A stretch of DNA of 63,582 bases, counting the filler, from Hyphochytrium catenoides (taxonomy: Eukaryota > Protista > Hyphochytriomycota): the NCBI GenBank assembly GCA_900088475.1. It is 5 parts of 5 records of this genome, joined end to end, with 100 filler letters (N's around TTAATTAATTAA, not from the genome) between each part and the next. Parts side by side here need not be neighbours in the genome. Positions count along the whole stretch, not along the records: positions 24,162 to 52,361 come from FLMG01001891.1; 4 more parts are not named here. One strand, written 5' to 3'. Made by a program: the position numbers and the translations under genes. This document shows, piece by piece, positions 37,001-51,435 of this stretch. The number at the start of each line of letters is the position of its first letter. Position 1 is the stretch's first letter. The notes beneath the pieces were generated by a model that was not told the DNA's origin, did not search any database, and saw only the letters and a program-made list of their open reading frames with translations.

Positions 37001-40000
37001 AGAAGGTAGCCTCAGAGTTGTCTCGTCGTTCTTGGCTCAAAGTCGGCTGCGCCACCATTATGCTAATTTTTCCTATAATCTTATGGGTATTAGCGCTTAG
37101 GCTCCTGCTAGATGTGAAGTTCTTACCGTTTCTGGCTTCTTCGACTTCTCTACACTCTCTAGGCCCTGCTATCAAACGCCGTCAGAGTCTCTTCCGGTAT
37201 GAGCAGTACATCGCACTCCTCACCGACTTTCTGAAGTGCCATTTTGATGTCTGGGGAGGGCCTCTCTCTGTCAAGTCTTTAGGAACGGCAGGAGGGCCCA
37301 TGATCTCCCCTTCCGCACTGATGTCCAACAGAAAGACCCTTTTGTCTGAGGAAAGAGGGTCTTGCTTCTTCCCTGGTACAGCAGACGGACAAGACAGACC
37401 GATAAGGTCGAGCGTCCGAAGTAATGCAAAGGATAAGACATCTCTCCTTCGTCGAACACTTCAGCTTACCAACCGCTTGGTCTATCATATCTTCAAGGTA
37501 CCATGGCTTGAGGAACTCCACTTAGGATTGAAGCTCAGCTTTGGCAGTCGCTGCTTCCTGTACCTTCCTTTCATTGCAAACTCTTGCCTTTTCTTCCTCC
37601 TTGGTCGAACCGTCTGCTTTAACTGAACGGTTAAACGCTACTTCCTCAGGACGACCATAAGAATCAAGCACTTGTCGCCCGCTACGTGTTTCCCGAGTAC
37701 CTGCACCTCATTGGCTCGGGGCTTGGTGCCAGTGAGCCGGTAGCGCAGTTGCTGAAGGAGAACAGAGCTTTGATTGAAGGTCTTGATGTTAGCATCATAG
37801 AGGAATTCTTCAGGATTATGAAGGGGAATGAAAGGAACTTGAAGTTTCTATTCTTTCTGAGAACTCTCTGTTCACCGGGAGGAGCGGGGCTTCCCAAGAT
37901 GCAGGTACGCGAGACAGGAAAGAACATCAAACGTGGCATAAAGTCCTCCTTTGAGCGTCTATAAAGACGACGGGCTGTAGAATGCGGCTGTACGCTCTTG
38001 CGTCGGTGCTGCATGTGACTGAAGCCTTGTCCCTTCACCTGCAGGAGAAAATATGTGAAGTGATCCTTAATAGTGATGAGCATGCGCAGTCGCTCATGGA
38101 AGTGCAGGTCAACCTCTCTTCCTCTATGATCATGGTACGAGGAGGCGCTGAAGAGCAATGGAAGGAACTCAAGAAGTTCGTAGAGGACACCAAGAAGCTG
38201 AGCAGTCTGGATGGACAGCTCCTCTTGGCCACTATCTCTCTCTACTCCCACCTGTCCATGGGAAGGAATTACTCAGCCATTGCCAAGGTCGGAGCGTCTA
38301 TCTCTCTCTACTCTCCTTCACTTGGTTCTTGATCTCCTGTCCTTACCACCCTCAGACAACTCTTCACGATCACACTGTACCTATGTGTCGCTCGTAAGTG
38401 GTCTTCCCCATGCTGCGCTAACACGTTGCTTTAAACCTACCTATTCCACTTCTAGGTCGAGACTATTTTTCCTCGCGCTCCTTTGTTTCGGTCGCTCGTA
38501 GACCCAGAGCTGCCTTCTGCCTTGCGCAAAGAGCTCTGCAACATCCTGCTTCACTGTCACATAGACAGGGACCCACAAAGAATAGTCCCTGTTCCTAACC
38601 TGACGAGAGTATGGGCAAAGCTGTCTCTAGATGTTCCCTCCTACATATCAACATCCCATACTTCTGCCAGTGCTGCGGGGCAGATGAGAGAAGAAGAGGA
38701 GCGGTTCTATCGCGAGTTGAAAGGATGGATTGTGAACGTTCTAAGAGAAGAGGGAGGAAGCGTTAAAGTTGGCGATGCGGGAAAGAATGCTTTCTTGCTG
38801 GCGGTACTCAAGCTTACGCATAAGCTCTTTCAGTTTGGTTTCTTCTCCTCATCCAAACAGGAGCTTGGCAGCCTTTCAGCAGCTCTTGTTGCTCTTCTTG
38901 ACGGGAGGACAGACGTCATTCAGCAGCAGCCGGATGGGAATTCCCAGAAAGAAGCCTCAGGCTTGTTGAGTCTCTTGCAAACTAATCGGATTGGACACAG
39001 AGGTACGAAAGGACTCCTTCAGTGGGATCCCAATATTGTACGCCTTCCTCCTTGATATGAGCTATGTGCTCAGACTGTTTGCTGCTAATCCGCCGCTCGT
39101 GGATGTGTTCTTCTTTCACAATCTCTTTCATTCTTCCTCCCTGCCCAAGCCGCTGGCATCCTATCCTTGTAAAGAGCCGTCCCTGTACGGCTTCCCTCCA
39201 GCAGTTCTTCTCAAGTCTCTCCTTCCCTACCTTTAACCTTTATCATAACAGCTTTGGCCTTCAAGTTTCCCTCATCATCGGAACCTGAAGATGTAGAAGA
39301 GGAAGAAGAGGACGAGGCCACCTCGAGTTCGCGGCAAAACGCCTTTCAAGTGCGGTATAGGGCGAACGAAGTTAACGACGTCGTGATAAAGATAAAAGAG
39401 GAGATCTGTGAGATCTTGACACTGGTGGACAATGTTAATCAGGACTTTCAGCTGTCAAAGACTCTGATCCAGATAAAGGAGAAACAGACTTCTCAGACTC
39501 AGGAAAGTAACCTCCAGCACCGGATCACAGCTGTAGTCAACGCCGAGAACTTCCTAGGAGGTAGGTCTTGAGTGCCAAAGGACAGTAGGTTTGGGCCTCT
39601 CATTTTCATAGAGGTGTGGCCACGTGGCCGCCTCCCCCGTCGTTGTGTCTTTGTCTTGACTTCCCTGATCCTCTCCGCCTGCCCATTGTCGTAATGTTCA
39701 GCTGTTGACAAAGTGGTGAGCCCCTTCAACTTTACTGGCTCTACCTTTGCCGACCATGATAAGGAGAAAACGCTTGAGACCTACAGTCTCAATGCTCTCA
39801 GTGGCCAGGACATTGGACCTGTACTCTTGGATTTAATGCTCTATGAGAGTTCAACCCTACGATCCAAAGCTATCACGCTCTTCCACAGGAATCATAATCA
39901 GGTAGACTTGTCATATAGGACACCCCAGCCACCATTTTCTTCTCTCTCTATCGCTGCCAATGGGATTCCGAGTCTCCCTCTTATTCTTCTACTATCTCAC

Positions 40001-43000
40001 TGCTTCACGTATGGCTTCTGGTTCGTGGAGCATTCCTGGTGCTCCCGATGTCTCCTCCCAGTTCTAGCAACCAAACTTAGAGATATGCATGCAACTTACC
40101 ATCCCAACAATCAGACCTTCTATCTCCTGAGGAATTTGCAAAAGCTTCAGATACTGGTTGAAGAGGAGACGATCAACATATATGCCGAGCTACAAGGGTA
40201 AACTCTATCTTTTTCAGATACTCTCCACTTTCGGAGACAGCACCATCCCAGTACCAGGGTTTAAAGCTCTCGTCGCCTTTCCTCACATCGTCCTTCCATC
40301 AGACTTGTGGGCCGTCTCCGAAACCTGAGTGAGATGACGGAGGTTTGGCTAGATATGAAAACCATCGATGATGTACCTTCAGCGCAGGAAGCCGCGAATT
40401 TGCTCACCCTCCTTGTAGAGTCACTCATGGTACGACGTAGTGGCAGACAGAAAGGAAGAGAGGGAAGGAGTGCACTGAACCTTGCGTCCGGCTTGCTCCG
40501 CAGGGACATAGCAAAGGAGTCAAGGAGGTAGCTGCCAAGAAGATTCAGTAAGTGCAGTATCTTTACTGCATTCGAGTGCGCTATTTTTCCAGCCAAAATC
40601 ACCTTTGTGGTGCTCCAAGAACCTCATCGCCCAACTTCATCACTCTAAGTTTGCTGGTGGATTAGCACAAGCTTGCTTCTGCCGCCACCATCTCTTACGA
40701 TTCTTTTGACTGTGCCCTTTCTTCAATCTTTTCTTACAGGCAGAAGTTTCGTGCTTCCTTTCGTGCAGTTGCTAAGAAAAGGCAGTCTCTGAAGGTAAGA
40801 AGAAGTCGATTACTGTCCACAGGTCTTCACTGTCTCTCGGCTACAATCCGGCTCTGCTCACAGTTTTTCAAATGTAGGCATCCTCCTCCCTTTCTTCCTC
40901 TAACCTCACCGGTCCGCGAGGCTCTTTCTCGGTCTTCTCTGATTGGGACTTACTATTTGGAGGAGGAGACCAAAAACTGGCCAATGATACTCGAAGGCTC
41001 CTGAGAAATTTGGAGGCCCATCGTCACGTCATCAGCCTTATCGCCGATGGCAGCCATTTATTCCTGGACGCCAAGGTGAGGCAGAGCAGTGGCATTGAGG
41101 GTCACTGAGTAACGTGATTGATGAACCAAGGACGGCAGGAATAAAATCAGAATCCGCTCGGGCAGACCTGCTTCTCTAAAAGCCTAACACTTGAATGTCT
41201 AGGACAAGGAGGCTACACTTGCTAGTTCAGGAAGTGACGAGGCTACTTCAAGCATCAGGTTCGTTATTTGGAGCTGTCGAGTTACACTGTGTTATTACCC
41301 TTTTCGCAGCCATGGCCTCTGTCTAATAAACATTGTGGTATCCAGATCTGGGCGCGCCCTGGTATATGAGATCTACCGTCTGTCCTTTGTGTTTCTGCGC
41401 CTCTTTTGCCGAGGTAGCGCAGCAAATCAAATCGCTTTGAAAGAGCACGTGATGCTCTTCGTAGAGCACGCCGGAAACCTCAAGGAGGCTTTGCTATTGA
41501 TAAGGTACATATCGACTTTCCGTACTGCTGGCCTAAAAAGGGTTCAGAAATAGCTGCCTGAACCATCTTTCTATATCTGACTTGGTGCTTGCCATATGTA
41601 CTAAGTGTTCTGTTGCTCCTTGTCAACAGGGAAATCTTTCACTTGAATACCTCTCTCAGCCTTACAATCACAGAGGAGGTCCTCCAGCGACTCGTGGAGG
41701 TCACTATCCATCGCAAGCGTAACAGCATCGCCGCTCTGCACTTTTTGCGGCAGCTAGCAGGCGGAGCGCATACGGAGGACATCAGATACAGATCTGGGCG
41801 GAAGATTGCCGAGATGGACCTCCCTAGGCAAAAGGTGCAGGATTTGGTTCTCTCTGTCCTGTTGGATTCGGACCGTCTCCCTCTAGTGCTTGGAATTCTG
41901 GAAGATTCAGACAACCTGGAAGAGAACTTCATGCAACTCCGGCAGCAGGCAGCCGGTAATACGTACCCTTCTTCACATCTACTCTATTCTTAGGGGTTCG
42001 CATGTGTAAACCTGTGGTTACGAGACTCTGACATTTACCATCCTGAACCTCTTCTCTCCGTTGCTGCAGCTGAACCCCAACGGAGAGAGGACCTTGCGTA
42101 CTACATAGAACTCATAGGTGTGCTCGCGGCGTGTGCGAGGGGTAATGTGAAGGCGGCAAAGAGCAAATGTCGATCCGTTATATCTCTAGACACACTCCTA
42201 TCTCTCCTGAACAAGGGTGCCATGGAGCGAGAGTCGATGCCTCTCTCCACTGCCCTGATGCGTTGCCTTACATCATTCTTGGAGGCTGTCTATGTGCAGA
42301 CGGAGGAAATCTTCTCGGATACTCAGGGTCAGCTTCCCATTACCCTTGCTTCGTTAAGAGCCCTTACAAGGTTGGGTCTCCGGCAACTGATGCAAGAAGT
42401 TCTCAAGAAGGAGAGAAACTCAGGTAAGTAACGGCGAAGGGACAACTCAATTGAGGAACAGAAGAGAGAGTGTACATGAATGCAAACAGCAAAGTAGACC
42501 TAGGCGGCAAGCTGTTTATCTCTGGTGCTCAATTGCACTCTCTTCGGATAGGCGCGCAAGAGAGATCGTCGATTGTCTTCTCTGGAAGTGAAGGGAAAGA
42601 GCTCCTATTTGAAGGAGTTCTACCTTGCATTCAACTCCTTTTGGGCCGCGCCTTTGATCTCAAGGTCACCTCACAAACCCAGACAGCGAATGCTGAGGCG
42701 ATTGCAGATGGTAAAAGGAGGCACTTTTATGCCTATGCATTCTCTCCGAGTGTTAATGCCCCTTCCGTTGTACATCCCTGGTACTCTTTAGCCAATGGTT
42801 CTATCTTATCCGATATGCTTTGATAACTCGCTACTTCCGCTCTCCTATCTGCCGATAATGACCTGTTTACTTCCCACAGACCTGGAAGTCCTCTATAAGC
42901 TCTGTGCCTGTCAAGGGTGGCTCTCTGACCGAGAAGCCAACGAGTATCAGAACACGTTGCACGTCTTAGAACAGACGGTGGGACGAGAGGTTGGACGGTC

Positions 43001-46000
43001 CTTCTCCCCACTCTCGGAAAGGGCCGACAGACCTCTCGTCAAGGACGGTCTTACAGTGACGGAGGGCGAGTTTGCGGAGAGGTATGATAGGTCTGAATGA
43101 CAATAAGATTAGTTCTTGAAGGATCCGGCCTTGAAGGCACTGCAGGATGTAATTAGCTGACATCTTTCTCCCCACCTCCTCTGCAGCTTGTTCATTCTGG
43201 ATGGCGGAAACGCCAGAGTACTTCTTTCATCCCTCATCACTCCTATCAGCCTCACCCTGCTGGAGCAAGGCAAAGCAGCGAGTACGTTAGAATACAATTC
43301 CTCAACCATGCGACAGCCCCAAGGAGTGGAGGCGCTTAGTGAGGAGCGAGGGGCTGAAGACAAAGAGAAAAGAGGTGCACTCAACGCGTTTGAAGGGTTA
43401 CGAAAGCTCTCCATTCCAGTTACGGGACTGCAGGAGACTTCTGAGGCGGTTGCCGGCAAGCTCGCGGGAGCAAAGGTAAGTTATAGCTGTAATTCAAGAA
43501 GTGCACCCCTCACAATGGAGGCATGAGAGTCTGAAGTAAAGAGAGGGAGCGAGAGCAGGGGAACTAAAAACAGGCTGCAGGCTGCAGAGGAAGAGAGAGA
43601 TATTGAAATTAGTGGTCACTCAAGAGGGGACTGAACCTTATCATAGAAGCTGCCTTGCTTGTGCGCCAAGATTCCCTTATCTCTCATTTTCTACGTCAAT
43701 CTACCTTTTTAATTATCTCAGGCCTCTACAATGTGCAACTTGAAACAACCCTAAAACAGAGACCTACTGCACTTCCTTTCTCAACCTCTTCTCTGAAGAC
43801 TTACCTCTGCCCCCTTTTAATGTGTGGCTTATCTCTTCTACTCTTTTACCCCAGAAAATGATCGCTTCGGCTGCCTTTCCGCTCCTCCGTGGGCTCAATG
43901 TGCCCACCCCTTCTGATGTTAGCTGGGACGAGCAAGGTGTGGAACGACTTATCAAGGAGATCCTTATGAGCAAGGAGATATCGGCTAGCATTGAACGAGA
44001 CTTCAAAGGAATGGTATGAGTTCTTTGACCCTACGCTGAACCAATATACCCCTTTTTTATCGATCTTTGGTCTGAACCTGGTCTTCCGGTGGCTCCTCTA
44101 TCTATCAGAGTGGCTTTCAACTATTGTCTCTAAACCTAATGAAATGTCAATTAATGTTTGCCTTCCAGCTCCAAGGTCTCATGGAGAATACCAAGAGCGA
44201 CGTGCAACTGGCGTCGACAGGAAACGCAATGGGAAATCACGAAGAGCAGGTGACAAGGGATGGCAGCCCTCTCCTCTCGGATCTCGTAAGGAAGCTGCTG
44301 GCACAGGTTGAGGTGACAGTGGTAAGCGTTATACTCTGGTTACTTCTTTCCTCTACAAGGATTGCCTTGACAATCGACGGCTTTTAGTACCCACGTGTTC
44401 GTTGAATTGTCGTGAGTGTTCGTTTCAGGGTTCCCATTGGACCCGCTAAGGCTCCGCTAATTCTATTGCTGGCCTTCCACTCATGTGTTCTTCCTGTCGC
44501 AGAATGAAAATGTAGATACCGCTCAGATTATCCTTCGAATGCTGTGTCGCTTGCTGGAGGAGAAGGCGGAAAGTTCAGAAAGGGAGCAGAGTAAAAGGCT
44601 ACAACGGATAGTAGCCAAAGCCGGAGGTGTGCGGCTCGTATGCTATCTGGTCACCACCATGGATGATCCAGAGATCTTTCGGTATGTGTGAACCGTTGGT
44701 ACTGATTGGTCTCCTCAGTCTATCTAACATGCACATTGGGTTTGAGGTAAAAGCTGCACTTTGAGGTCGTTGCGGTTAATACTGTCGTGATAGGCTCTTC
44801 CCGCCGCAATAGAGCGGTCTTCGTACATCTAGACTTTCCCAGTATACGCTCTTTAAGACTGATGTTTCCTTGCAACTTTGCCCCACTATTGATATCTTGT
44901 TACTCTCGTCCGCGCTAAACTGTTGTGCATTGTTGTTTCCACCAGGTACGCTATGCGACTGGGCAACGGGCTACTAAATGGCTGGAATGAGGCCAATCAG
45001 GTAGGACTCGTGAGCACCTAGACAGGGCAGGAGAGACCAGCCTTGCACAAGAGACACATGAACATATATCGGGCATTATGGGCCCGAGGCGGTCTTTGTC
45101 TAGTCAGCTGCTGCTACTGACCTTCTCCGTGATTGTTTAGGAAGCCTTCCACTCTGTCGTCGCATCCGTGCAGTGCTCGAACTTTTTCCCGCAAATTGTA
45201 AAGCGGATGAATTTCCTTCTACAGGAGATTCAGGCGGCGGCACAGAACGCACTAACATTCGCAGCAGCTCACAATAGAGGTAACCTTCGCTCTCGTCATC
45301 AACCTCCCTTTTCGTTCCCTTTTTGCTTCCTCACAAGCCCCAACCGCGTATATATTCTGCGTATATATTCTTATCTATCAGATACCATCTCAAACTTAGT
45401 CCTTTCCCACAACACATCTCATTCCTTTCCTGGCATGACTACTGCACGGTCTCATTAGTTTGTTCAACGTTAATTGTATTGCATCTACTGCCCCTTGATG
45501 CAGGCAGAGATTCAGGAAAGGGCAGCAGCTCCGAAGATGGCGGACAGGACCCTGAAGGTAAAGCGCCATGGCGCGTCTCCACTTTCCTATTATCATCGTT
45601 CGTCACTCTTCCTTGCTTGTTTGCTCATCGTTTGAGGAGACCGACCCTGTGGCCTCTTCATTAGTATGTTGTCTTACATTGCCCTTGCAGATCCGTACCA
45701 TGAATGTCACATGGAGCTTTGGATGCTGTGTCGCTTTCTTCAGCTCCTTGTCGAGAATCACTATGAGCCCAACCAACGGTACCTTCTGCACCAGACTGAG
45801 AGCCAGACCACCGTTAATATGGCGGAAGCCGCAGTTAACGGGTTAGTTGCGATCCACCACCTGCTCAATCGAAAGAACTTGAAGGTGAGTCGTGGAGTGG
45901 TAGCAAAAAAGTGTCGTCACGATCTCCCAAAGCATAAGAAGGAAAAAACCTCATCAAATGGAAGCAACAAGAATATAGCCCGGGAAAGGGAAAATCGAGA

Positions 46001-46641
46001 CGAGTTCCCTTCACGCAATGAAACGAGCATGCCTTTGACTTGACTTGAAAGCCGAGTTTCAAAATGGTCTGGTCGTCTCTAACTTTCGAAAAGGGTGTCT
46101 TATGCTCTCTCTACCATCACAATGATCTCCTTGTTCGTTATATAGGTGATGGTACAGCTGGTAAACACAATAACTGAGCTCTGCCAAGGTCCCTGCTATG
46201 AGGCTCAGGAGTGTGTCGGAAACTTCAAGTTTATCGCAGCAGTGAATATGTTACTTATTCCACGGGGGACATCAGACCTTGCTTTAGACGTGAGAGCAAC
46301 CTTTCTTTCGTTGGTTTTTAATTTGTCCCAAGATAAGATAGAAGTCTGACAGTCTCGGCTGATCTAGCTATAGCTCTTACTTAAATTCCTGCTGGTTACT
46401 TGACCTCACTCGTTTCTTTCTTCACTATGCAGGAAAAGCAAGAGTTGCGCAGTAGCCTAGTCAAGGCTCTTCTGTCTCTTCTGGAAGGGCGTACTGACAA
46501 GTCCATACATGAGACGCTACGGCTGGAGCTCTCTCCTCAACAGCTTAAGGATAATCTCAAGGAAGTCTATTCCTACTTCGTCTGGAAATACAAAGTGTAA
46601 GACAGAAGCCCCAGACAAGGCTAAAGGAGACAGGGATAGAA

Positions 46642-46675
<34 letters not shown>

Positions 46676-49600
46676 TCATCTGACAAGGACTACAGTGCGG
46701 CAACCTCTAAACGGGTTACAGACCTTTTGGTGGGTTTCCCAGTACAATACGTGAGGCCTAGTGGACAGTGAGAACGCTTCCAAGTGGATATATTGGGTGC
46801 TGACGTTCGTCTCTTTTGCTTCCTGCGTACAGCTATGAGATGAACGAGACCTGCGGGAGCGATGGGACACTCGCTATGGGCTTCAACATCTACATCCTCA
46901 TGAAGCAGGTATACTTTCTGTCCCGGCCCTTGATCGCTCTCAGAACACGTCTGAATCTCCCGGTAAATCCTGTACTCCAAACATACTCCGAACTCATTCA
47001 TCCTACCTCGTTATCACATAGCTTATGGATGCAGAACCTGAACTCGCCAAAGAGTTCAAGCCTAAAGTTAGAGCAGCGGGCTCTGAAGCAAATTCACTAA
47101 AAGCAATCCGTTCTGCAGTGGGCAAGGCGGTTGGCGCCTCTGTCGCTGTTGATGCTGTGGGTCAAGTCTTTTCCAATGTCAACTATGCCATCAAAGCGGG
47201 ACTGGGGTAAGATTTCTTTGCATACTTAGCACCTTCTTAACAAAGACCTGACGGACAATCTATCTGTCCTTCCTTTGAATACTGTGCCGCACCAGGTTGG
47301 ACGGCGGACGACAGCAGTTTAGCTACTCTTTAACCTATTCTTTCTTTGAGAAGAACTGTGCTAGGGTGGAGGTAGGTGCCCGCTCACTTTTGTCGTCCGC
47401 ACCTCTTCCCGCCTCTACCGTAAGGCTGTCGTGTGACACTTTACCGGTATTCAAAGTACTGAAGTACCCCGGTTTGACCAGTCAGTTCCACCGTGTGACT
47501 TAACTCGCTCTGACTTCAATTCACTGCCAGTTTGCATTTATCTTGCGTTAACCTTTAGCCTCTAACCCGAAAGAGACTAAACAGCTCTATAAACGGAGTT
47601 TCTAATGCTTTGCCATGGGAACTCTTGAATGCAGATTCTCTGGAGTCATAACGGGGACAGAAATATTCTTCTGCCCTTCTACTTCCCGATCCACCCCATC
47701 TGCTACTGCCTGACCAAGGAAGCAAAAGAGAACCTGCTTCTAGGAGTGGACAGAGGAAGTGAAAAGCTCACTTCGTTTTCAAAGAAGGCAATGGACCTAA
47801 TAGCACAAATGAGGGTAAGTCCTCTTCCTCACCATATCGTGCACTATCTTATCTGCTGAGTAGTGCGATGAAATCCGATCCTGCTGCTCTCACTTCTGCC
47901 CTTAGCAGTTCACGGTGCCCCTTGAGAATCTACTACGTGCCGCTGATGACCAGCGTTTCCCTCTGACTCTTTGTGAACTTTGTTGCAAGGACTACCGATC
48001 AATGGTTAAATGGGAACGACCCCATAATCTACTTTTTTGAAAGCCTTGGAAAGACTAATAACGCTTCTCTGCTCTGTTTACAGCATCAATCCTATCTAGT
48101 GCGAGAGCGTTCTTTCCTCCTTCCCATCTCACGCAACGGGGATCTGTTCCAGTCCATCTCCTTTATGCTTGCCATCGCCATCAACCTTATCATCTTCTTC
48201 TTCTACTCTGCAATCACTGTGGACTCTGAGCCAGTTTTGATGGTAACTGGCAGCAATGGCGTGAACGAGAAGGAGACAGAAATAACACAGAACATCCTTA
48301 GTTTCTTAGGATTCTGCCAGGTAAATGGGTTTGCGTATCAGTACCTTTCTGCCACTTTCCGCCATCAATATCTTGACTGTGGATGAATATTTGTTTCACA
48401 GTGTGCTTTAGCTAGGGTAGCTGTTGTTTCTCTATTTCCTTCTTTAGTCTCTGACAGATGAGTGTGAACCGTGGTAGCTCAAGATTCTGTGTTATAGGCA
48501 ATGAGCTCTTTTATGTGTTCGCTGACCCCTCGCTCTATCTAGTTCATCACCTCTCTTCTGGTGGTGTTGAGTTTTCTTATAAACGAAGGGCCTCCTATAC
48601 TCGAAAAGAACTGGAAAATGTGGCGAGAGAACCTTCGTGCAAGACCTGATGATGGAGAACAAGATCACGGTGCGTCTTAGGATCATATGCCAGGCGGAAG
48701 TTTGATGAAGAGATACGGGGGAAAATTTTGATAAGAACATACGTAGCCATAAGACGGTGGTTCTTATCAAGATTGTTTTCTGCCCTACAGCTTCCGATGA
48801 GCTAGAGTACAACAACATCAAAGAGGAAGTGCGCTTTCCTTTCTTTGGTACGTAGCTCTCATTTGGGTCTCCTAGTGCCTCTCTCCAGCACTTTCGGTTC
48901 CAGTAGTCCATTTTTTCTTCCACTTGTGTCGCTTCTACCTCGGACTCTATTGCTATTACCAGGAACATGTATCTTTGTCAACAAACTTGTCGAGACTACC
49001 GTAGCACTAAGTACCGACTGCATTAGTCGCAAATACGCATCTATCGTCTCTCATTTCTATCATTTCTTTCTTTCAGACAATCGTTTGAAGTGGCGCGATC
49101 GAGTGGTCAACAGCTTTGTGCTGCTTGCACTGCTTCTGCGAGAACCTGTAGTTCTTTACTACTGCGCATACATCACACTCTCAATCCTGGGGCAGAGAGT
49201 AGATATTCTATTCTTTGCTTTCCATCTTCTGGACATTGTCCATAGATTTCCGGTATGTCACCGCGTCCTCCATCCCTTATAGTTTTGGGTCAAGCTTCTA
49301 TCCGTTCCAATACATCCTTGCCTAGTAAGCTAGGCGATGGACCTATGACTTATTGCTCTGTATTTAGCCTTTGCTCCATGCAGGCCGAATTCCTAGCCTT
49401 TTGCAGTTCTCGAAGGGGGCCTCACCTGCACTAGCTGTTTTACCTACTTACTTCTGATCTACGTTGTACATCACAGATTCTTCGCAATGTCATTCAAGCC
49501 ATCATCACACCATGGAAGACCCTTGCTTTGACCGCGCTTCTGTATATTGTCATGGTTTACATTTTTAGTCTTTTCGGCTTTAAATTCTTCCGTCCGGACT

Positions 49601-50920
49601 ACGTTAGTGAAGAGGACAAAGCGGAGAACCCCGGTCTCTGGAGGTGCCAAAAAGTCTCAGAATGCTTCTTTCTTACGCTTGATCAAGGCTTCAAGTCTGG
49701 TGGTAAGAGTCTGCGCTCGAGTTGATGAGGAGAAAAGCTAAAAGCGGTTCTCCTTCATAATTCTGAGGGGTTATCTTTCTCTCAGCTCTTGCACTCCTGT
49801 ACAATTCTTTTCACTCCGCTGCGTCACAGACATGGATGTCCATTGAACTGGTCCGAAGTCACGCCTTCTTGAACCGCCTTGGGCTAGAAGTTGCCATGTC
49901 ACTATCTGATATTTGCTCAACCTTGTACCTGTCTTCTTTCCCTATCAGGCGGCATTGGTGGCTTCCTTCAGCAGCACGAAGCCGGGTCGAACTATTACTA
50001 TTATCGTCTCTCGTTTGACATGCTGTACAACGTCGTTTTGATGATTGTTCTCCTGAACATTGTCTTCGGTATTATTGTGGATACCTTTGCTGACCTCCGA
50101 CAGGAGCATAAGGAAAGGGAAGATGATCTCCTCAATCTGTGCTTTATCTGTTCTCTTCATAGAAGTCATTTTGAGCGCGTCAACCCTGGAGGTGAGTCAA
50201 CTATTATTGATATCTGACAGGCGTCTTTCTTCGGCCCACCTAACTTCGTCCGTTTTCATCCACTTCCTTCCTCCCATAGCTTTTCGCCAGCACCGCAAGC
50301 GTGATCACAACGCCTATCATTACCTTTGCCTCTTTGCTCACATTACCTTCAAAGATGTGACGGAGTATTCGGGACTAGAGAAGTTTATTGCGTCTAAAGT
50401 TTCGATGGGAGATGGAAGTTTTTTCCCTATTCATAGAGCCCTCATCTTAGAGAGAGAGGAAAATGAGGTAGATACTGACATTACGTTCGACCTATGCTTG
50501 CCTCTATCATCAGTATTCCTCTTTTCTCCTTAGATCAATCATCGTCGTTGGGTGGTAGCGATAGACGGCTGCGGGACTGTTTGTTATGGCAAATGGTTTT
50601 CTTTCCTTTCTCATGGGATCGAGGAGAATTTGGTTTCCTTTCTTTGCTGGTTCCTTTGCGTCGTTTCCTCTTTCACCTCTTAAATTTCCTGCCTGTCCTC
50701 AGATTCTCACATACGCTTCCCATGGTACAATCCACCTTCACTTTAGACGTTGCCTAAGGAACGACTATTGGAGGACGATGATGAGCCATCTTCTTCTTCC
50801 GTTGGCGATCTAGAGCGCTCAAAGAAGCCCCAGGGGGAGACTCAGAGACAGCTTAGTGAGATGCAGAGCGCGATAAAGTCCCTTGTCATTGCCCTAGAGA
50901 GTCTAAAAACAGCAAGGTAA
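34081..50920 (+). CDS. ITPR: Inositol 1,4,5-trisphosphate receptor family Ca2+-release channel (suppressor/MIR, RIH, RIH-associated, 6-TM pore, C2H2 zinc finger), many exons
   Basis: YLQYGMTISLF...GFLSSEGF...FRDCLFEVVP (suppressor domain); KYGAGIQLRHVKTNTFL and WHATFRLRHLCSGMYL (MIR); LLHCHIDRDPQ; CRFLQLLVENHY; TITELCQGPCYEAQ; GFNIYIL; FFEKNCARVE; pore DQGFKSGGGIGGFL; IVLLNIVFGIIVDTFADLR; CFIC...H...HN. Final exon ends KTAR-TAA at 50920. Confidence 0.95.
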
Positions 50921-51435
50921 ATGGCAACTTTGCTGCTGTGCTCACCGCTCTATAGTCAAAACTCTTCCAGGCCTATCCCGCTCTAAGTATATGGTCACCC
51001 TGGTGGTCCATGCCCTGCCCTCGCAAGTCAATCTACGTCTGACCAGAGACTCTTTCTTTCTTCCAGCTTCACTGATCCAGACGTCAAGCACGACCTTTCC
51101 GCACTTGCTAAGAATCAAAAGCAAATTTTGGATCTTCTTTCCTCCACTTCTCCTCGTCCGCGCTCTGCCCCCAGCTTCGTAGCAGAGAAGTAGAGATACT
51201 TTGTCAACTGGCACCAACTACTATAATATACTAAGTATAGAACTAGTATACCAAAAAGGGTGTCTCTTACTTGCCAAATTAGGAAGGTCACATCCCTAAA
51301 CTCTAGAAGAAAAGGGGGATAAGAGCTAACGGCAGGTAGTCTGAACAAGAGGTCGCAGGAACCTATGTTAGTCTCCTTCATTCTCCGCAGAGATATAAGG
51401 ATGATCATGAAGATAAATCTCGTTTCTCAACTGTT

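Noticed and set aside
3616-50920. DAG lipase and IP3R as a PLC-signalling gene cluster
   Set aside because: Separated by two artificial spacers, so physical linkage is unproven.
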